The notes beneath the pieces are model-generated. The model was given only the letters and a program-made list of their open reading frames with translations, made no database searches and had not been told where the DNA came from. Of a DNA stretch of 64,000 bases, positions 18,577-27,514 are shown one piece after another. Positions within the stretch are counted from its first letter, which is position 1. Each line of letters opens with the position of its first letter. Origin of the DNA: Verrucomicrobiota bacterium (GTDB lineage Bacteria > Verrucomicrobiota > Lentisphaeria > Lentisphaerales > Lentisphaeraceae); NCBI GenBank assembly GCA_039798785.1, contig JBDKFG010000004.1, positions 1 to 64,000 on the forward strand. The letters run 5' to 3'. The position numbers and the translations under genes were made by a program.

Positions 18577-21102
18577 TCAGGCCGTGACCCCGGCGGCGGC
18601 TCGTTCTGCGTCGGAGAGCGGGCGGATCTGGCCGCGTTCGCTGGCGAAGGCCTGGGTGGGATCGCGCTCGTCGCTGTTGACGAAGTGGTTGAAGCGCTTG
18701 AGTTTTTCGGGGTCGTTGACGGCGTTCTTCCATTCGCACTCGTAGGTGTCGACGAGCTGCTGCATCTGAGCTTCGAGTTCTTCGCAGATGCCCAAGGAGT
18801 CATTGAGGATGACATCCTTGAGGTGAGCCAAGCCGCCGGGCAGTTTGTCGAGCCAAGTCGAGGTGCGGTTGAGGCGGTCGGCAGTCTTGATGTAGTACAT
18901 CAGGAAGCGGTCGATGTACTTGATCAAAGTCGCGTCATCGAGGTCGCCGGCGAGCAGGTCGGCGTGGCGCGGTTTCATGCCGCCGTTGCCGCAGACATAG
19001 AGGTTCCATCCCTTTTCGGTGGCGATGACGCCGAAGTCCTTGCTCTGTGCCTCGGCGCACTCGCGGGTGCAGCCGGAGACGGCGGACTTAAGCTTGTGCG
19101 GCGAACGCAAGCCGCGGTAGCGCTCTTCGATGCGGATCGCCATGCTGGTGGAGTCCTGGACGCCGTAGCGGCACCAGGTCGAGCCGACGCAGGATTTCAC
19201 CGTGCGCAGCGCCTTGCCGTAGGCGTGGCCGGATTCGAAGCCGGCGGCGATCAGCTCGCTCCAGATCGCCGGCAGATCGCCGAGGTGGGCGCCGAGCAGG
19301 TCGATGCGCTGCCCGCCGGTGATCTTGACGTAGAGAGAATATTTCTTCGCCACTTCGCCGATGACGATGAGCTTGTCGGCGGTGATCTCGCCGCCGGGGA
19401 CGCGGGGGACCACCGAGTAGGTGCCGTCCTTTTGGATGTTGGCGAGGAAGACGTCGTTGGTGTCCTGCAACGGCGCGTGCTTGAGGATGGGTTCGTTCCA
19501 GGTGCTGGCGAGGATCGAGGCGACGGCGGGTTTGCAGATCTCGCAACCGTGACCCTGTCCATGCTTGGCGATGAGGGTTTCGAAGCTCTTGATGCCGGAG
19601 GCGCGAACGATGGCGTTGAGGGCGACGCGGCTGTGCGGGAAGTGCTCGCAAATCGCCTCGCTGACTTCGAGACCTTTCGATTTCTGGTAGGCCTTGAGCA
19701 GGTCAGTGACCAGGGGGACGCAGCCGCCGCAGCCGGTGCCGGCCTTGGTGCACTTCTTCAGCTCCGGCACCTTGCCGCAACCGGAGTCGATGGCGGCGCA
19801 AATCGTCGCTTTGCTGACGTTCTCGCAAGAGCAGATGGTGGCAGTGTCGGGCAGGTCGAGCGGGCCGGAACTGTGGCCGCCGCCAGCGACGGCCGGAGCA
19901 ATCAGGGCAAGCGGCTCGGCCGGCAAGGGCATGGCGTTAAGGTAAAGCTGCAGCAGGGAACCGTAGTCCGAAGCATCACCGACCAGGATGCCGCCCAAGA
20001 GGCGCTTGCCGTCGGCAGTGACGAAGATCTTCTTATACACGCCTTTGGAACGATCCGCGACGACGAGATCGTAGTGGGCTTCCTTGGGCTCGATGTTGCC
20101 GAAGCTGGCGACGTCGGTGCCGATCAGCTTGAGCTTGGCGCTGAGATCGGCACCGTTGAAGCGGACGTCGCGGCCGAGAATCTGGGCGGCGGCGACATCG
20201 GCCTGTTGGTAGCCGGGGGCGACGAGACCGTAGATCATGCCGCGGTGCAGGGCGCATTCGCCGATGGCGTAGATCTTCGCATCCGAAGTGCGCATGGCGT
20301 CGTCGACCTGGATGCCACCGCGGGGGCCGACTTCGAGGCCGAAGCTGCGGGCGAGCTCGTCGCGGGGGCGGATGCCGGCGGAGATGATCACCATGTCGGC
20401 CTGCAGGGCGCTGCCATCGACAAATTCGAGGCCGTCGACGGCGCCGTTCTTGTCGACGAAGTGCTTGGTGTTGCGATTGAGGAGGACTTCGATGCCGCGC
20501 GATTTGATGACGCCGAGGAGCATAGCGCCGCCGCCTTCGTCGAGCTGACGCGGCATCAGGCGCGGAGCGAATTCGACCACCGAGGTCTTCAGTCCCAAGT
20601 CCTGGGCGGCCTTGGCGGCTTCGAGGCCGAGCAGACCGCCGCCGATGACGGCGCAAGTCTTCGATTCGTGAGCGCAAGCCCGGATGGCGTCCAAGTCTTC
20701 GATGGTGCGGTAGACGAAGATGCCCTTGAGATTGACGCCGGGAACCGTCGGGACGAAGGGAGCTGAGCCGGTGGCGAGGACGAGGGCATCATAGTGAAGC
20801 TCGGCTCCTTGGTCGGAGACCACGCATTGACGCTCACGGTCGAGGGCGAGAATGCGCTCGCCGCAACGGAGCTCGATACCACGTTCGGCGTACCAGGCCT
20901 TGCTGCCGAGAGTCAGGTCCTCGACGCTGCGGCCGGCAAAATATTCAGATAAGTGGACTCGGTCGTAAGCTGGACGAGGCTCTTCGCCGAAGACGATCAA
21001 GTTCCACTCAGCGGCAGCCGGGCTGGCGCTGAAGCGTTCACAGAACTTGTGGCCGACCATGCCGTTGCCGACAACGATCAGGGTTTTACGTTGGTCTTTC
21101 AT
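18577..21102 (-). CDS. nirB: NAD(P)H-dependent nitrite reductase large subunit
   Basis: 'VVGNGMVG', 'YDRVHLS', BFD Cys motifs, 'ANIQKDGTYSVVPR', 'KSCVGSTWCRYG', 'SGCTRECAE'. Confidence 0.97.
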   Translation of the reverse strand: MKDQRKTLIVVGNGMVGHKFCERFSASPAAAEWNLIVFGEEPRPAYDRVHLSEYFAGRSVEDLTLGSKAWYAERGIELRCGERILALDRERQCVVSDQGAELHYDALVLATGSAPFVPTVPGVNLKGIFVYRTIEDLDAIRACAHESKTCAVIGGGLLGLEAAKAAQDLGLKTSVVEFAPRLMPRQLDEGGGAMLLGVIKSRGIEVLLNRNTKHFVDKNGAVDGLEFVDGSALQADMVIISAGIRPRDELARSFGLEVGPRGGIQVDDAMRTSDAKIYAIGECALHRGMIYGLVAPGYQQADVAAAQILGRDVRFNGADLSAKLKLIGTDVASFGNIEPKEAHYDLVVADRSKGVYKKIFVTADGKRLLGGILVGDASDYGSLLQLYLNAMPLPAEPLALIAPAVAGGGHSSGPLDLPDTATICSCENVSKATICAAIDSGCGKVPELKKCTKAGTGCGGCVPLVTDLLKAYQKSKGLEVSEAICEHFPHSRVALNAIVRASGIKSFETLIAKHGQGHGCEICKPAVASILASTWNEPILKHAPLQDTNDVFLANIQKDGTYSVVPRVPGGEITADKLIVIGEVAKKYSLYVKITGGQRIDLLGAHLGDLPAIWSELIAAGFESGHAYGKALRTVKSCVGSTWCRYGVQDSTSMAIRIEERYRGLRSPHKLKSAVSGCTRECAEAQSKDFGVIATEKGWNLYVCGNGGMKPRHADLLAGDLDDATLIKYIDRFLMYYIKTADRLNRTSTWLDKLPGGLAHLKDVILNDSLGICEELEAQMQQLVDTYECEWKNAVNDPEKLKRFNHFVNSDERDPTQAFASERGQIRPLSDAERAAAGVTA

Positions 21103-21211
21103 GCTATCTCCTGTTTTTTGTAGATATCTAGTTCAAATTTACATTAATTGTATCATTTGTTAATGTAAATTCGAAATTCGTTTTTATTCATGTCAGATGA
21201 CACAATAGGAG

Positions 21212-21247
21212 TCCAGACGTGACGACTTCTTCATAATCACGTCTGGA
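21212..21247 (-). terminator. Hairpin downstream of the porin gene
   Basis: tccagacgtga...tcacgtctgga inverted repeat. Confidence 0.5.
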
Positions 21248-21255
21248 GTGAAGCT

Positions 21256-22653
21256 TTAAAACTTGTATTCGAGCTGAGCCCAGACGATCTGTTTGTCGCT
21301 GGTCGGGTTGCCGGTTTCTTCGTCGGCGAAGTAGTATCCGTATTTGGCCAAGGCGTTGATTTTCTGGCCGAAGATGACGAAGTCGCGCGACCACATCAGG
21401 TCGATTTCGTCGCCGAGATGGCCGTCGAAGTCCTTCGCACCGCTGAAGTCATTGGCGGTGTAGAACCAGTGGTAGGCGGCGGTGAACTTGCCGACGTCGT
21501 CGACCTTCACGGAAGCGTCGATCCAGAGATCCTGCAGACCGACTTTCCAGGCGCCGCCGTTGGTGCTGGTGAAGAGGTCGGCCCAGCCGTTGAACTTGTG
21601 CGCCGTGCCTGCAAGGGTGTCGAAGCCGTAGTTGGCCCCCGAACCTTCGGCGCCGGAGATGTAGGAGTAGCCGCCGCCGAGGCTGTATTTCTTCTCGATC
21701 TCATAGGCGAGGTAGGCTGAAAGGAACTCGCCGTCGTGGCCACCGTTGCCGCCGTTGAAGTCCTGCTGCAGGGCGCCCATGACATCGTAGTTGATGGCGT
21801 TTTTGGCATCGATATCGAAGCTGCCGTCGAGGCGCAGGCCTTCGGTGATGTTGTCACGCTCGATGCGCTCGCCGTTGACCGCTTTGACGCTGTTGTCGGC
21901 GTCGCAGTCGAGCAGGTAGGCGAAGGCCGAGATGTTGTGCTTGCCGGCGTAGTTGTAGCGAGCATGAAGGACACCGAGGCCGTTGAGCTCATTGCTGCCA
22001 TGGCTAAGATCCGTGGTGGGCTTGAGAAGAATGGTCTGGATCTCAGTCAAGTATGCCGCGGTCAAGGTAAGCTTGTCGACCGATTTGTTCTGCACCAGGA
22101 TGCCGTCGAAAGACTGGCCGTTCTGGCGCCAGTCGATGGAGCCGACGAAGCGCTGGTCGTCGAGGTTGATCTCTTGGCGGCCGACGCGAACCAGGGTGTC
22201 AGGGATCCATTTCATGTCGGCATACAGTTGATGCAGGCGGAAGCCATCGGGATCGGCAATGATGTCCCGGGTCGAATTCTTCCCTTGTCTGCCGTCCGAA
22301 TATTCATCCCACGGCGTGAGGTTGGCATGTCCTTGTCCGTAGAAGCTCAGACCGCCGATTTCAGCGGTGCGGAAGCCGAGGCGCAAGCGCGAAGTGGCGG
22401 CCCAAGAGTGCGGCTTGCCATTTTCCTGGTCGACATATTCGTAGCGGAGGCGGATCTGGCCGTCGGCTTGGCCCTTGGTGAACATCTCCTGGAAGTTCTC
22501 GGCCTTCTGCGGTGCGGCTTTGGCCTCAGCCGATTTGGCCGGCACCGGCGCCTTGGCCGGATCTGTCGCGGGAGCCGCGGGGGCTTGCGCCGAAGCGGCG
22601 AGAGCCGGGGTCAGGAGGCTTAAAAACTTAATGGCTAGTGATTTATGTTTCAT
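21256..22653 (-). CDS. Alginate-export-family outer-membrane porin (likely nitrate/nitrite uptake)
   Basis: Signal peptide, 'RLRYEYV', 'VGRQEINLDDQRFVG..DWRQN.QSFD', 'TAHKFNGWADLF', C-terminal Phe. Confidence 0.85.
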   Translation of the reverse strand: MKHKSLAIKFLSLLTPALAASAQAPAAPATDPAKAPVPAKSAEAKAAPQKAENFQEMFTKGQADGQIRLRYEYVDQENGKPHSWAATSRLRLGFRTAEIGGLSFYGQGHANLTPWDEYSDGRQGKNSTRDIIADPDGFRLHQLYADMKWIPDTLVRVGRQEINLDDQRFVGSIDWRQNGQSFDGILVQNKSVDKLTLTAAYLTEIQTILLKPTTDLSHGSNELNGLGVLHARYNYAGKHNISAFAYLLDCDADNSVKAVNGERIERDNITEGLRLDGSFDIDAKNAINYDVMGALQQDFNGGNGGHDGEFLSAYLAYEIEKKYSLGGGYSYISGAEGSGANYGFDTLAGTAHKFNGWADLFTSTNGGAWKVGLQDLWIDASVKVDDVGKFTAAYHWFYTANDFSGAKDFDGHLGDEIDLMWSRDFVIFGQKINALAKYGYYFADEETGNPTSDKQIVWAQLEYKF

Positions 22654-22885
22654 GCAATGCTCCAGTTTGGTTGGTTTGTTTTGTTACGATTTTGGTGGAT
22701 ATCGCAACATAACATACAAAATTGCAATGAATTCAATTTCCAAGCTTAAAACGTAAATATTAATAAATTATGCCACAAATAGGAATGATTGTTGGTTGAC
22801 CTACGATTGTTTGGGTTTTATGATTTCATCGTCACGAAAGATGACGATGGATAACATGAGCAACAAAAAAAGGAGTAAAATCGAC

Positions 22886-24115
22886 ATGAAACCACAAATG
22901 AGAGTGCTAGTGCTATCGACGCTAGCTTTCACGGTGCTCTTCGCAGTCTGGCTGATGTTCGGCATTCTCGGCAAGCCGATCGGCAAGGACTTCCATTTGG
23001 ACAAGAGTCAGATTTACTGGCTTGGCGGTACCGCCGTCCTGATGGGAGCTTTACTGCGACTTCCTTTCGGCATTCTGACCGACCGGATCGGCGGACGCAA
23101 CGTCATGGTCGGCCTCTTGCTCTGGACCGCTATCCCCTGCGCCATGGTGTCCTACTGCACGACTTACACTCAGCTGCTGATCTGCGCCGCTCTTTTCGGC
23201 ATCGCCGGCAACAGCTTCTCGGTCGGTATCGCCTGGAACTCGGCCTGGTTCAGCAAGGAGACCCAGGGGACGGCGCTCGGCACTTTCGGAGCCGGCAACG
23301 TCGGCGCCTCGGTGACTAAGGTTTTTGCCCCTGCGTTGATTCTGGCTTTGCCTGCCACCGGCCTGTTGAGCGGTTTGATCCCCGGTGGCTGGCGTGGTAT
23401 CCCGGTGATTTACGCCATACTCTTGGTGATCACCGCGGCTTTGGTTTTCTTCTTCAGCCCCAAACCCGAGCGCTGCCCCGGCCAAGGCCGGACCATCGCC
23501 GCCATGTTGACTCCCCTGCGTGAAGTCCGCGTCTGGCGCTTCGGTCTTTACTACATCGTCGTCTTCGGCGCCTATGTCTCTTTCTCGCTCTGGTTGCCGA
23601 TGTACTACACCGACGTCTACGGCATCACCCTCGCCAAAGCTGGCTTTTTGACCTGTCTCTTCATCTTCCCGGCCAGCCTTCTGCGTCCTCTCGGCGGCTA
23701 CCTTTCGGATAAATTCGGCGCTCGCCCGGTGACCCTCGCGGTCATGATTGGTATGCTCCTCCTCTGCGTTCCCCTGAGCATGAACGGCCCTACCTTTAAG
23801 CTGTCGATCGAAGTCTTCACCACCCTCGTCGTCCTCGTCGGCGTCGGCATGGGTGTCGGCAAGGCCTCGGTCTACCGCTACATCCCCGACTACTTCCCGA
23901 AAGACGTCGGTGCGGTCGGCGGACTGGTCGGCACACTCGGTGCCCTCGGCGGATTCATCATGATGCCTCTCTTCGGCATGATCGAAGGCAGCAGCGGCAT
24001 CCGTCAGTCGGCCTTCCTGGTTCTCGGTCTTCTGACCTTGATCAGCCTGACCTGGTTACTTGTCGTGGTCAAGCAGTTGCGCAACAACGAGCGTGAAGCT
24101 CTCGCGGCGTCCTGA
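22886..24115 (+). CDS. narK: NarK/NNP-family MFS nitrate/nitrite transporter
   Basis: Nitrate signature 'FGIAGNSFSVG...GTALGTFGAGNVG', 'GAVGGLVGTLGALGGF'; AGGAG RBS before ATG 22886. Confidence 0.92.
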   Translation: MKPQMRVLVLSTLAFTVLFAVWLMFGILGKPIGKDFHLDKSQIYWLGGTAVLMGALLRLPFGILTDRIGGRNVMVGLLLWTAIPCAMVSYCTTYTQLLICAALFGIAGNSFSVGIAWNSAWFSKETQGTALGTFGAGNVGASVTKVFAPALILALPATGLLSGLIPGGWRGIPVIYAILLVITAALVFFFSPKPERCPGQGRTIAAMLTPLREVRVWRFGLYYIVVFGAYVSFSLWLPMYYTDVYGITLAKAGFLTCLFIFPASLLRPLGGYLSDKFGARPVTLAVMIGMLLLCVPLSMNGPTFKLSIEVFTTLVVLVGVGMGVGKASVYRYIPDYFPKDVGAVGGLVGTLGALGGFIMMPLFGMIEGSSGIRQSAFLVLGLLTLISLTWLLVVVKQLRNNEREALAAS

Positions 24116-24132
24116 ATCGCTACGGCAAGAAG

Positions 24133-24163
24133 TGGCCCGCAGTCCCGAGATGGGACCGCGGGC
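24133..24163 (+). terminator. Hairpin terminator after narK
   Basis: ggcccgc-agtccc...gggac-cgcgggcc followed by ttatt. Confidence 0.6.
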
Positions 24164-24302
24164 CTTATTGTGCGCCGGGTATGGCGCTTCAATCTCAGAA
24201 CACCTGACCCACACTCGATATTTGTGCTGAGGACGACTTGATGGCGGGAAAATGAGATGATCCTCCGGGCTTGTCTAGAGTCCACAAATGAGGAGGCACC
24301 AT

Positions 24303-24340
24303 GGGGTCAGCTCACGAAACGGATTTTTACGCACGCTAAG
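24303..24340 (+). mobile_element. Tn3/Tn21-family 38-bp terminal inverted repeat (orphan)
   Basis: GGGGTCAGCTCACGAAACGGATTTTTACGCACGCTAAG: 38 bp with GGGG start and ACGCTAAG end typical of Tn21-subgroup IRs. Confidence 0.85.
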
Positions 24341-24352
24341 GAATTTCTGAGC

Positions 24353-24451
24353 TCAAATCGAGCTTCCATCCGAGGCTGGAATCCACCGGCAAAGCGTCGG
24401 CACAGAGACGCCGAGATTCTTGGCCACGTCTTTGGGCGGAGTGCCGCTAGT
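24353..24451 (-). pseudogene. C-terminal HTH remnant of a serine resolvase (TniR/TnpR-like)
   Basis: Minus strand reads 'SGTPPKDVAKNLGVSVPTLCRWIPAS...*' immediately inside the Tn3 IR. Confidence 0.75.
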
Positions 24452-24521
24452 GCTGCGCTGCTGAATTACTCCCGCATCGGTTGAGTGCAGGGGGGTAGTG
24501 ATCGCCAATCCATTGGCGATT

Positions 24522-24696
24522 AGATCACGACATCATTTTTTCCGACCACGGCGTTGTGACGAAGGATCAGTTCTTCGTGCATTTCCTCGACATTCTGGAA
24601 AGGCCGTTGGGTGTATTTGATGATGTTCTCGTGAAACCAATGCTGATCCCCGGTGAAGAAGATCTGACCTTCTTTGAGCTGGTGGCTGATTTTCAT
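24522..24696 (-). pseudogene. 5' fragment of metallophosphoesterase gene 2 (paralog of 11502..12062)
   Basis: DNA closely similar to about 11889-12062; breaks off after the 'VVGKNDVVI' equivalent. Confidence 0.85.
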
Positions 24697-25505
24697 GATT
24701 TCTCTCCACTTTCAGGGCTTTTCCAGCCGCCTTGCAGCAGCTCGTCCCAGCTCAAGAGCACCTGGCCGTGCCGCTGCGCTTGCAGGTGGATGAGACCGAA
24801 GATACGAATGCCGGACCAGTCTTCGACATAGCTTTGGTGCTGATGGCCATGGACGATCTGCCGCGGACGAAGCTGCTCGACGACGCGCGCATAGCGCTGG
24901 TTGCACTCGGCGGTGTAGGCCTCGGCGGCGACATCTACCTTGGCGCGTGCCGCAAAAACCGCGTGGGCAGCTTTCACCGCTTCGGTGAGCGGCGAGTCGT
25001 GCGAGATCAGCAGATCCAGAGGACGCGTGCGCACGAGGCGGGGCAGATCGAGCTCCGGGTCGAGGGCTTCCTCGGGAAACCAGTCGACTTGCGGCGTCCG
25101 CCAAGGGCGGTCGATGGAACCGGCGCCGCCGAGGAAGATGACGCTTTGTCCACGGATCTCGGCTTCGGCCCCCCTCCCCGCGTAAGTCAGGCGCGGACCG
25201 ACAGGCTGGAAACGCGGCGCATGGATGTCGAGGCTGTAGCGCTCTTTCATCCAGACGAAATCCTCGTGGTTGCCGTCGATGAAGAGCAGGTCGATGTCGT
25301 ACTTTTCTAGAGCGGTCATGAGCCTGCCGGCGCGGCCGTCGTTGGTGACTCGTTCCTCGTAGCCGAGGTAGCCGAAGTCGCCGACCTGAATGCAGAGGAT
25401 GCTGCCGCTGCGAGGCAGCCGGATATCGCGCAGCAAGGTCTTGAAGCGGGTGAGATCGGCGTGGGTGTCGCCGATGAAGAAGATGTGATCGTGGTCGAAT
25501 TTCAT
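24693..25505 (-). CDS. Calcineurin-like metallophosphoesterase, intact copy of gene 1
   Basis: IGDTH, QVGDFG, IDGNHE, GGAGSID, SHDSP, HGHQH motifs. Confidence 0.9.
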   Translation of the reverse strand: MKFDHDHIFFIGDTHADLTRFKTLLRDIRLPRSGSILCIQVGDFGYLGYEERVTNDGRAGRLMTALEKYDIDLLFIDGNHEDFVWMKERYSLDIHAPRFQPVGPRLTYAGRGAEAEIRGQSVIFLGGAGSIDRPWRTPQVDWFPEEALDPELDLPRLVRTRPLDLLISHDSPLTEAVKAAHAVFAARAKVDVAAEAYTAECNQRYARVVEQLRPRQIVHGHQHQSYVEDWSGIRIFGLIHLQAQRHGQVLLSWDELLQGGWKSPESGEKS

Positions 25506-25550
25506 GGGAAGCTCCTCCGGAAGTTTACAGGTGATTGAGGATTCAGGAAC

Positions 25551-25699
25551 AGGAAGGGCCCCAGAAAGGCTGGGGAAGACGACTAAGCCAAATTCAAGAT
25601 CTATGCGGCACTCGGACCATCCCCAGTCCGCTGGGGAAACAAGAAGGCAAAATCGCTATCATCGGCTCGATCGGACCATCCCCAGTTCGCTGGGGAAGC
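25551..25699 (-). CRISPR. Type I-E mini CRISPR array: 3 repeats (last one degenerate), 2 spacers
   Basis: Plus-strand repeats cggaccatccccagt(c/t)cgctggggaa(a/g)c at 25613-25640 and 25672-25699, degenerate copy at about 25551-25580; minus-strand reading GTTTCCCCAGCGGACTGGGGATGGTCCG has the I-E hairpin; spacers of about 32 and 31 nt. Confidence 0.85.
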
Positions 25700-25708
25700 T
25701 CTTCAGGT

Positions 25709-26392
25709 TTACGGGCGATAGGTCTCGACCCAGCGAGCAGCCATTTTGCGGCTTGCGCCATTGGAGTGACCATACGAAATCGGGACATCGAGTCTCCAAG
25801 CGGCGCTGCTTCGGGATGAGGAATCGCGTTCCCAAGCGCGTTCGTCCAAGGGGACTTTCAGCTCTGCGAGCAAGGCGCTGGCTTCGTCGGGATAGACTCC
25901 GGCAAAAACCGGCGCGGAGGGGAGGCAGCATTTTCGTCCGAGCCAGATGCCGTAGACCGGATCGCGGAGCGCGGCTGCTACCTCGGCAATGAGCTCCGGC
26001 TCGCCGGAAAAGAAGGCGAGGAAGCCACAGCCGCAGAGGTAGTCGCGGCGGGTGACATCCACCTCCTTGATCGCGCTCTTGCTTTTTGAATTGGGATTTG
26101 AGCTCGGCGGCTCGGCCCGCCGGACATTCCGCACGGTGTGGAAATCCCGAAGCCGGACGGGTTCTTCTTGAGTTTCCCGGACCACCAGGAGCTCCATCGC
26201 GGCGAGTCGGGGCAGGACAAGGGCTTCCCGCGGCGAGCCTTTTTCGAGGCCCATCGCCGCCGAGATGAGGCCGATCAAGGCGCTTTTGCTGGGGAAGTCG
26301 TCGCTGCGGCGTTCATCGAAACGGCTGTCGATGCCCCAGCTCTGAAGCGGCCCTTGCAGGCGCATGACCAGAATGGGCTCATTCATGTTCAT
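25709..26392 (-). CDS. cas5: Type I-E Cas5 (CasD)
   Basis: 'LQGPLQSWG..SRF..R.S..FPSKSALIGLISAAMG', 'LRDFHTV', 'TRRDYL', 'IWLGRKCCLPS'. Confidence 0.95.
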   Translation of the reverse strand: MNMNEPILVMRLQGPLQSWGIDSRFDERRSDDFPSKSALIGLISAAMGLEKGSPREALVLPRLAAMELLVVRETQEEPVRLRDFHTVRNVRRAEPPSSNPNSKSKSAIKEVDVTRRDYLCGCGFLAFFSGEPELIAEVAAALRDPVYGIWLGRKCCLPSAPVFAGVYPDEASALLAELKVPLDERAWERDSSSRSSAAWRLDVPISYGHSNGASRKMAARWVETYRP

Positions 26393-27506
26393 CCCTCCAG
26401 ACTTGCTCCAGCAGGCCGTCGAGGAATTCCGGCAAAGTGAGCTCGGGAATCTTGAACTCCCGTGACTGTGCTCCCCAGGTCCGCTGAATCTTTTCATGCT
26501 CGGCGACCAGCCGGCGCTGCGACTCCGAGTTGTAGCCGTCGCGGCTCCTGGGCACAGGTTTCTCGAAGGCGTTCATCAGTTGCACCGGGTGCCCCTTCTT
26601 TTGGTGGATCCCAAGGACGAAGTAGGGCGGGTTCGCGGCGAACATGCCGCCTTTGCGCGCCTGTGGATTGGAAGTCAAAACGACGCGCAGGAAACACTCG
26701 AGCAGCTGCAATCTCTGACCCCTGCCAAGGTCTGAAAGATGCCGGGCCAGCAGATCGAGATTGACCGTGACACACTGATAATAGGTGGCCGACTGGTAGG
26801 AGTTGGTGCCGAGGACGACGGCACTGCCATTGGCGACTTGGCGGCAGTCGTCGATGGCGGCGAAGTAGTCGAGCTCCTCTTCGACCTCATGGGTGCTCAG
26901 GGAATGGGTAAAGCCGCAGGCTCCTTCCAGGGTGAGCTCGCTGGCCGCGGCGAGGAAGCGTCCGAAGAGGGCGATGTCCACCGCGGCGGCCAGGGCTTGC
27001 GATGCATCGTAAGAGGCGATGAACCTGGCCAGCTTCTGCTTCTGACGAGCGGCAGTCACCAGGTCGCGCAACTCAAGGGGCGAGAAGAACATCATCAGAT
27101 TCGGCGCCTTGCCCCCCTCCCCTTCCGTCGCCTCCTCTTCGACATCGTCTTCGGCGTTTTTCGACTTGCCCTTGCCTTTGCTTTTTGCTTTCTGCGTCTT
27201 GGAGCCACCCTTGAGCTCGCTAAAGATGGTCTTGGCTAATTCCTTGGCGCTGGCGAGGTTTTCTCCTTGCCGTAAGGCCTCTTCGGACAGCAATCTTTCG
27301 ATCTGGGGGCTGCGAATCCCGCCGAAAAACTCCGGCATCTCCGTCTTCAGCGCCGCGCGGATCTGCGACTTCTGCGCCTGGCTGGAGATGCGGGCGCGGT
27401 TGACGCCGCCGATGCGGGCGCTTTTCGGGGACCCCATGTCGTCGCGGTTGAGACACGAGACCGGGTAGCTGGTGAGCAGGTGGAGTGTGAGGAATTCCAT
27501 GATCAT
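26379..27506 (-). CDS. cas7: Type I-E Cas7 (CasC/Cse4)
   Basis: 'HLLTSYPVSCLNRDDMGSPKSA.IGG..RARISSQAQK', 'DIALFGRF', 'HSLSTH', 'DYFAAIDD'. Confidence 0.96.
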   Translation of the reverse strand: MIMEFLTLHLLTSYPVSCLNRDDMGSPKSARIGGVNRARISSQAQKSQIRAALKTEMPEFFGGIRSPQIERLLSEEALRQGENLASAKELAKTIFSELKGGSKTQKAKSKGKGKSKNAEDDVEEEATEGEGGKAPNLMMFFSPLELRDLVTAARQKQKLARFIASYDASQALAAAVDIALFGRFLAAASELTLEGACGFTHSLSTHEVEEELDYFAAIDDCRQVANGSAVVLGTNSYQSATYYQCVTVNLDLLARHLSDLGRGQRLQLLECFLRVVLTSNPQARKGGMFAANPPYFVLGIHQKKGHPVQLMNAFEKPVPRSRDGYNSESQRRLVAEHEKIQRTWGAQSREFKIPELTLPEFLDGLLEQVWRDEHE

Positions 27507-27514
27507 TCTCCTGT

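Noticed and set aside
14806..20766. Long plus-strand ORFs opposite nasA/nirB (likewise opposite cas3 and drmA/drmB)
   Set aside because: Antisense shadow ORFs typical of high-GC coding DNA, with no recognisable motifs.
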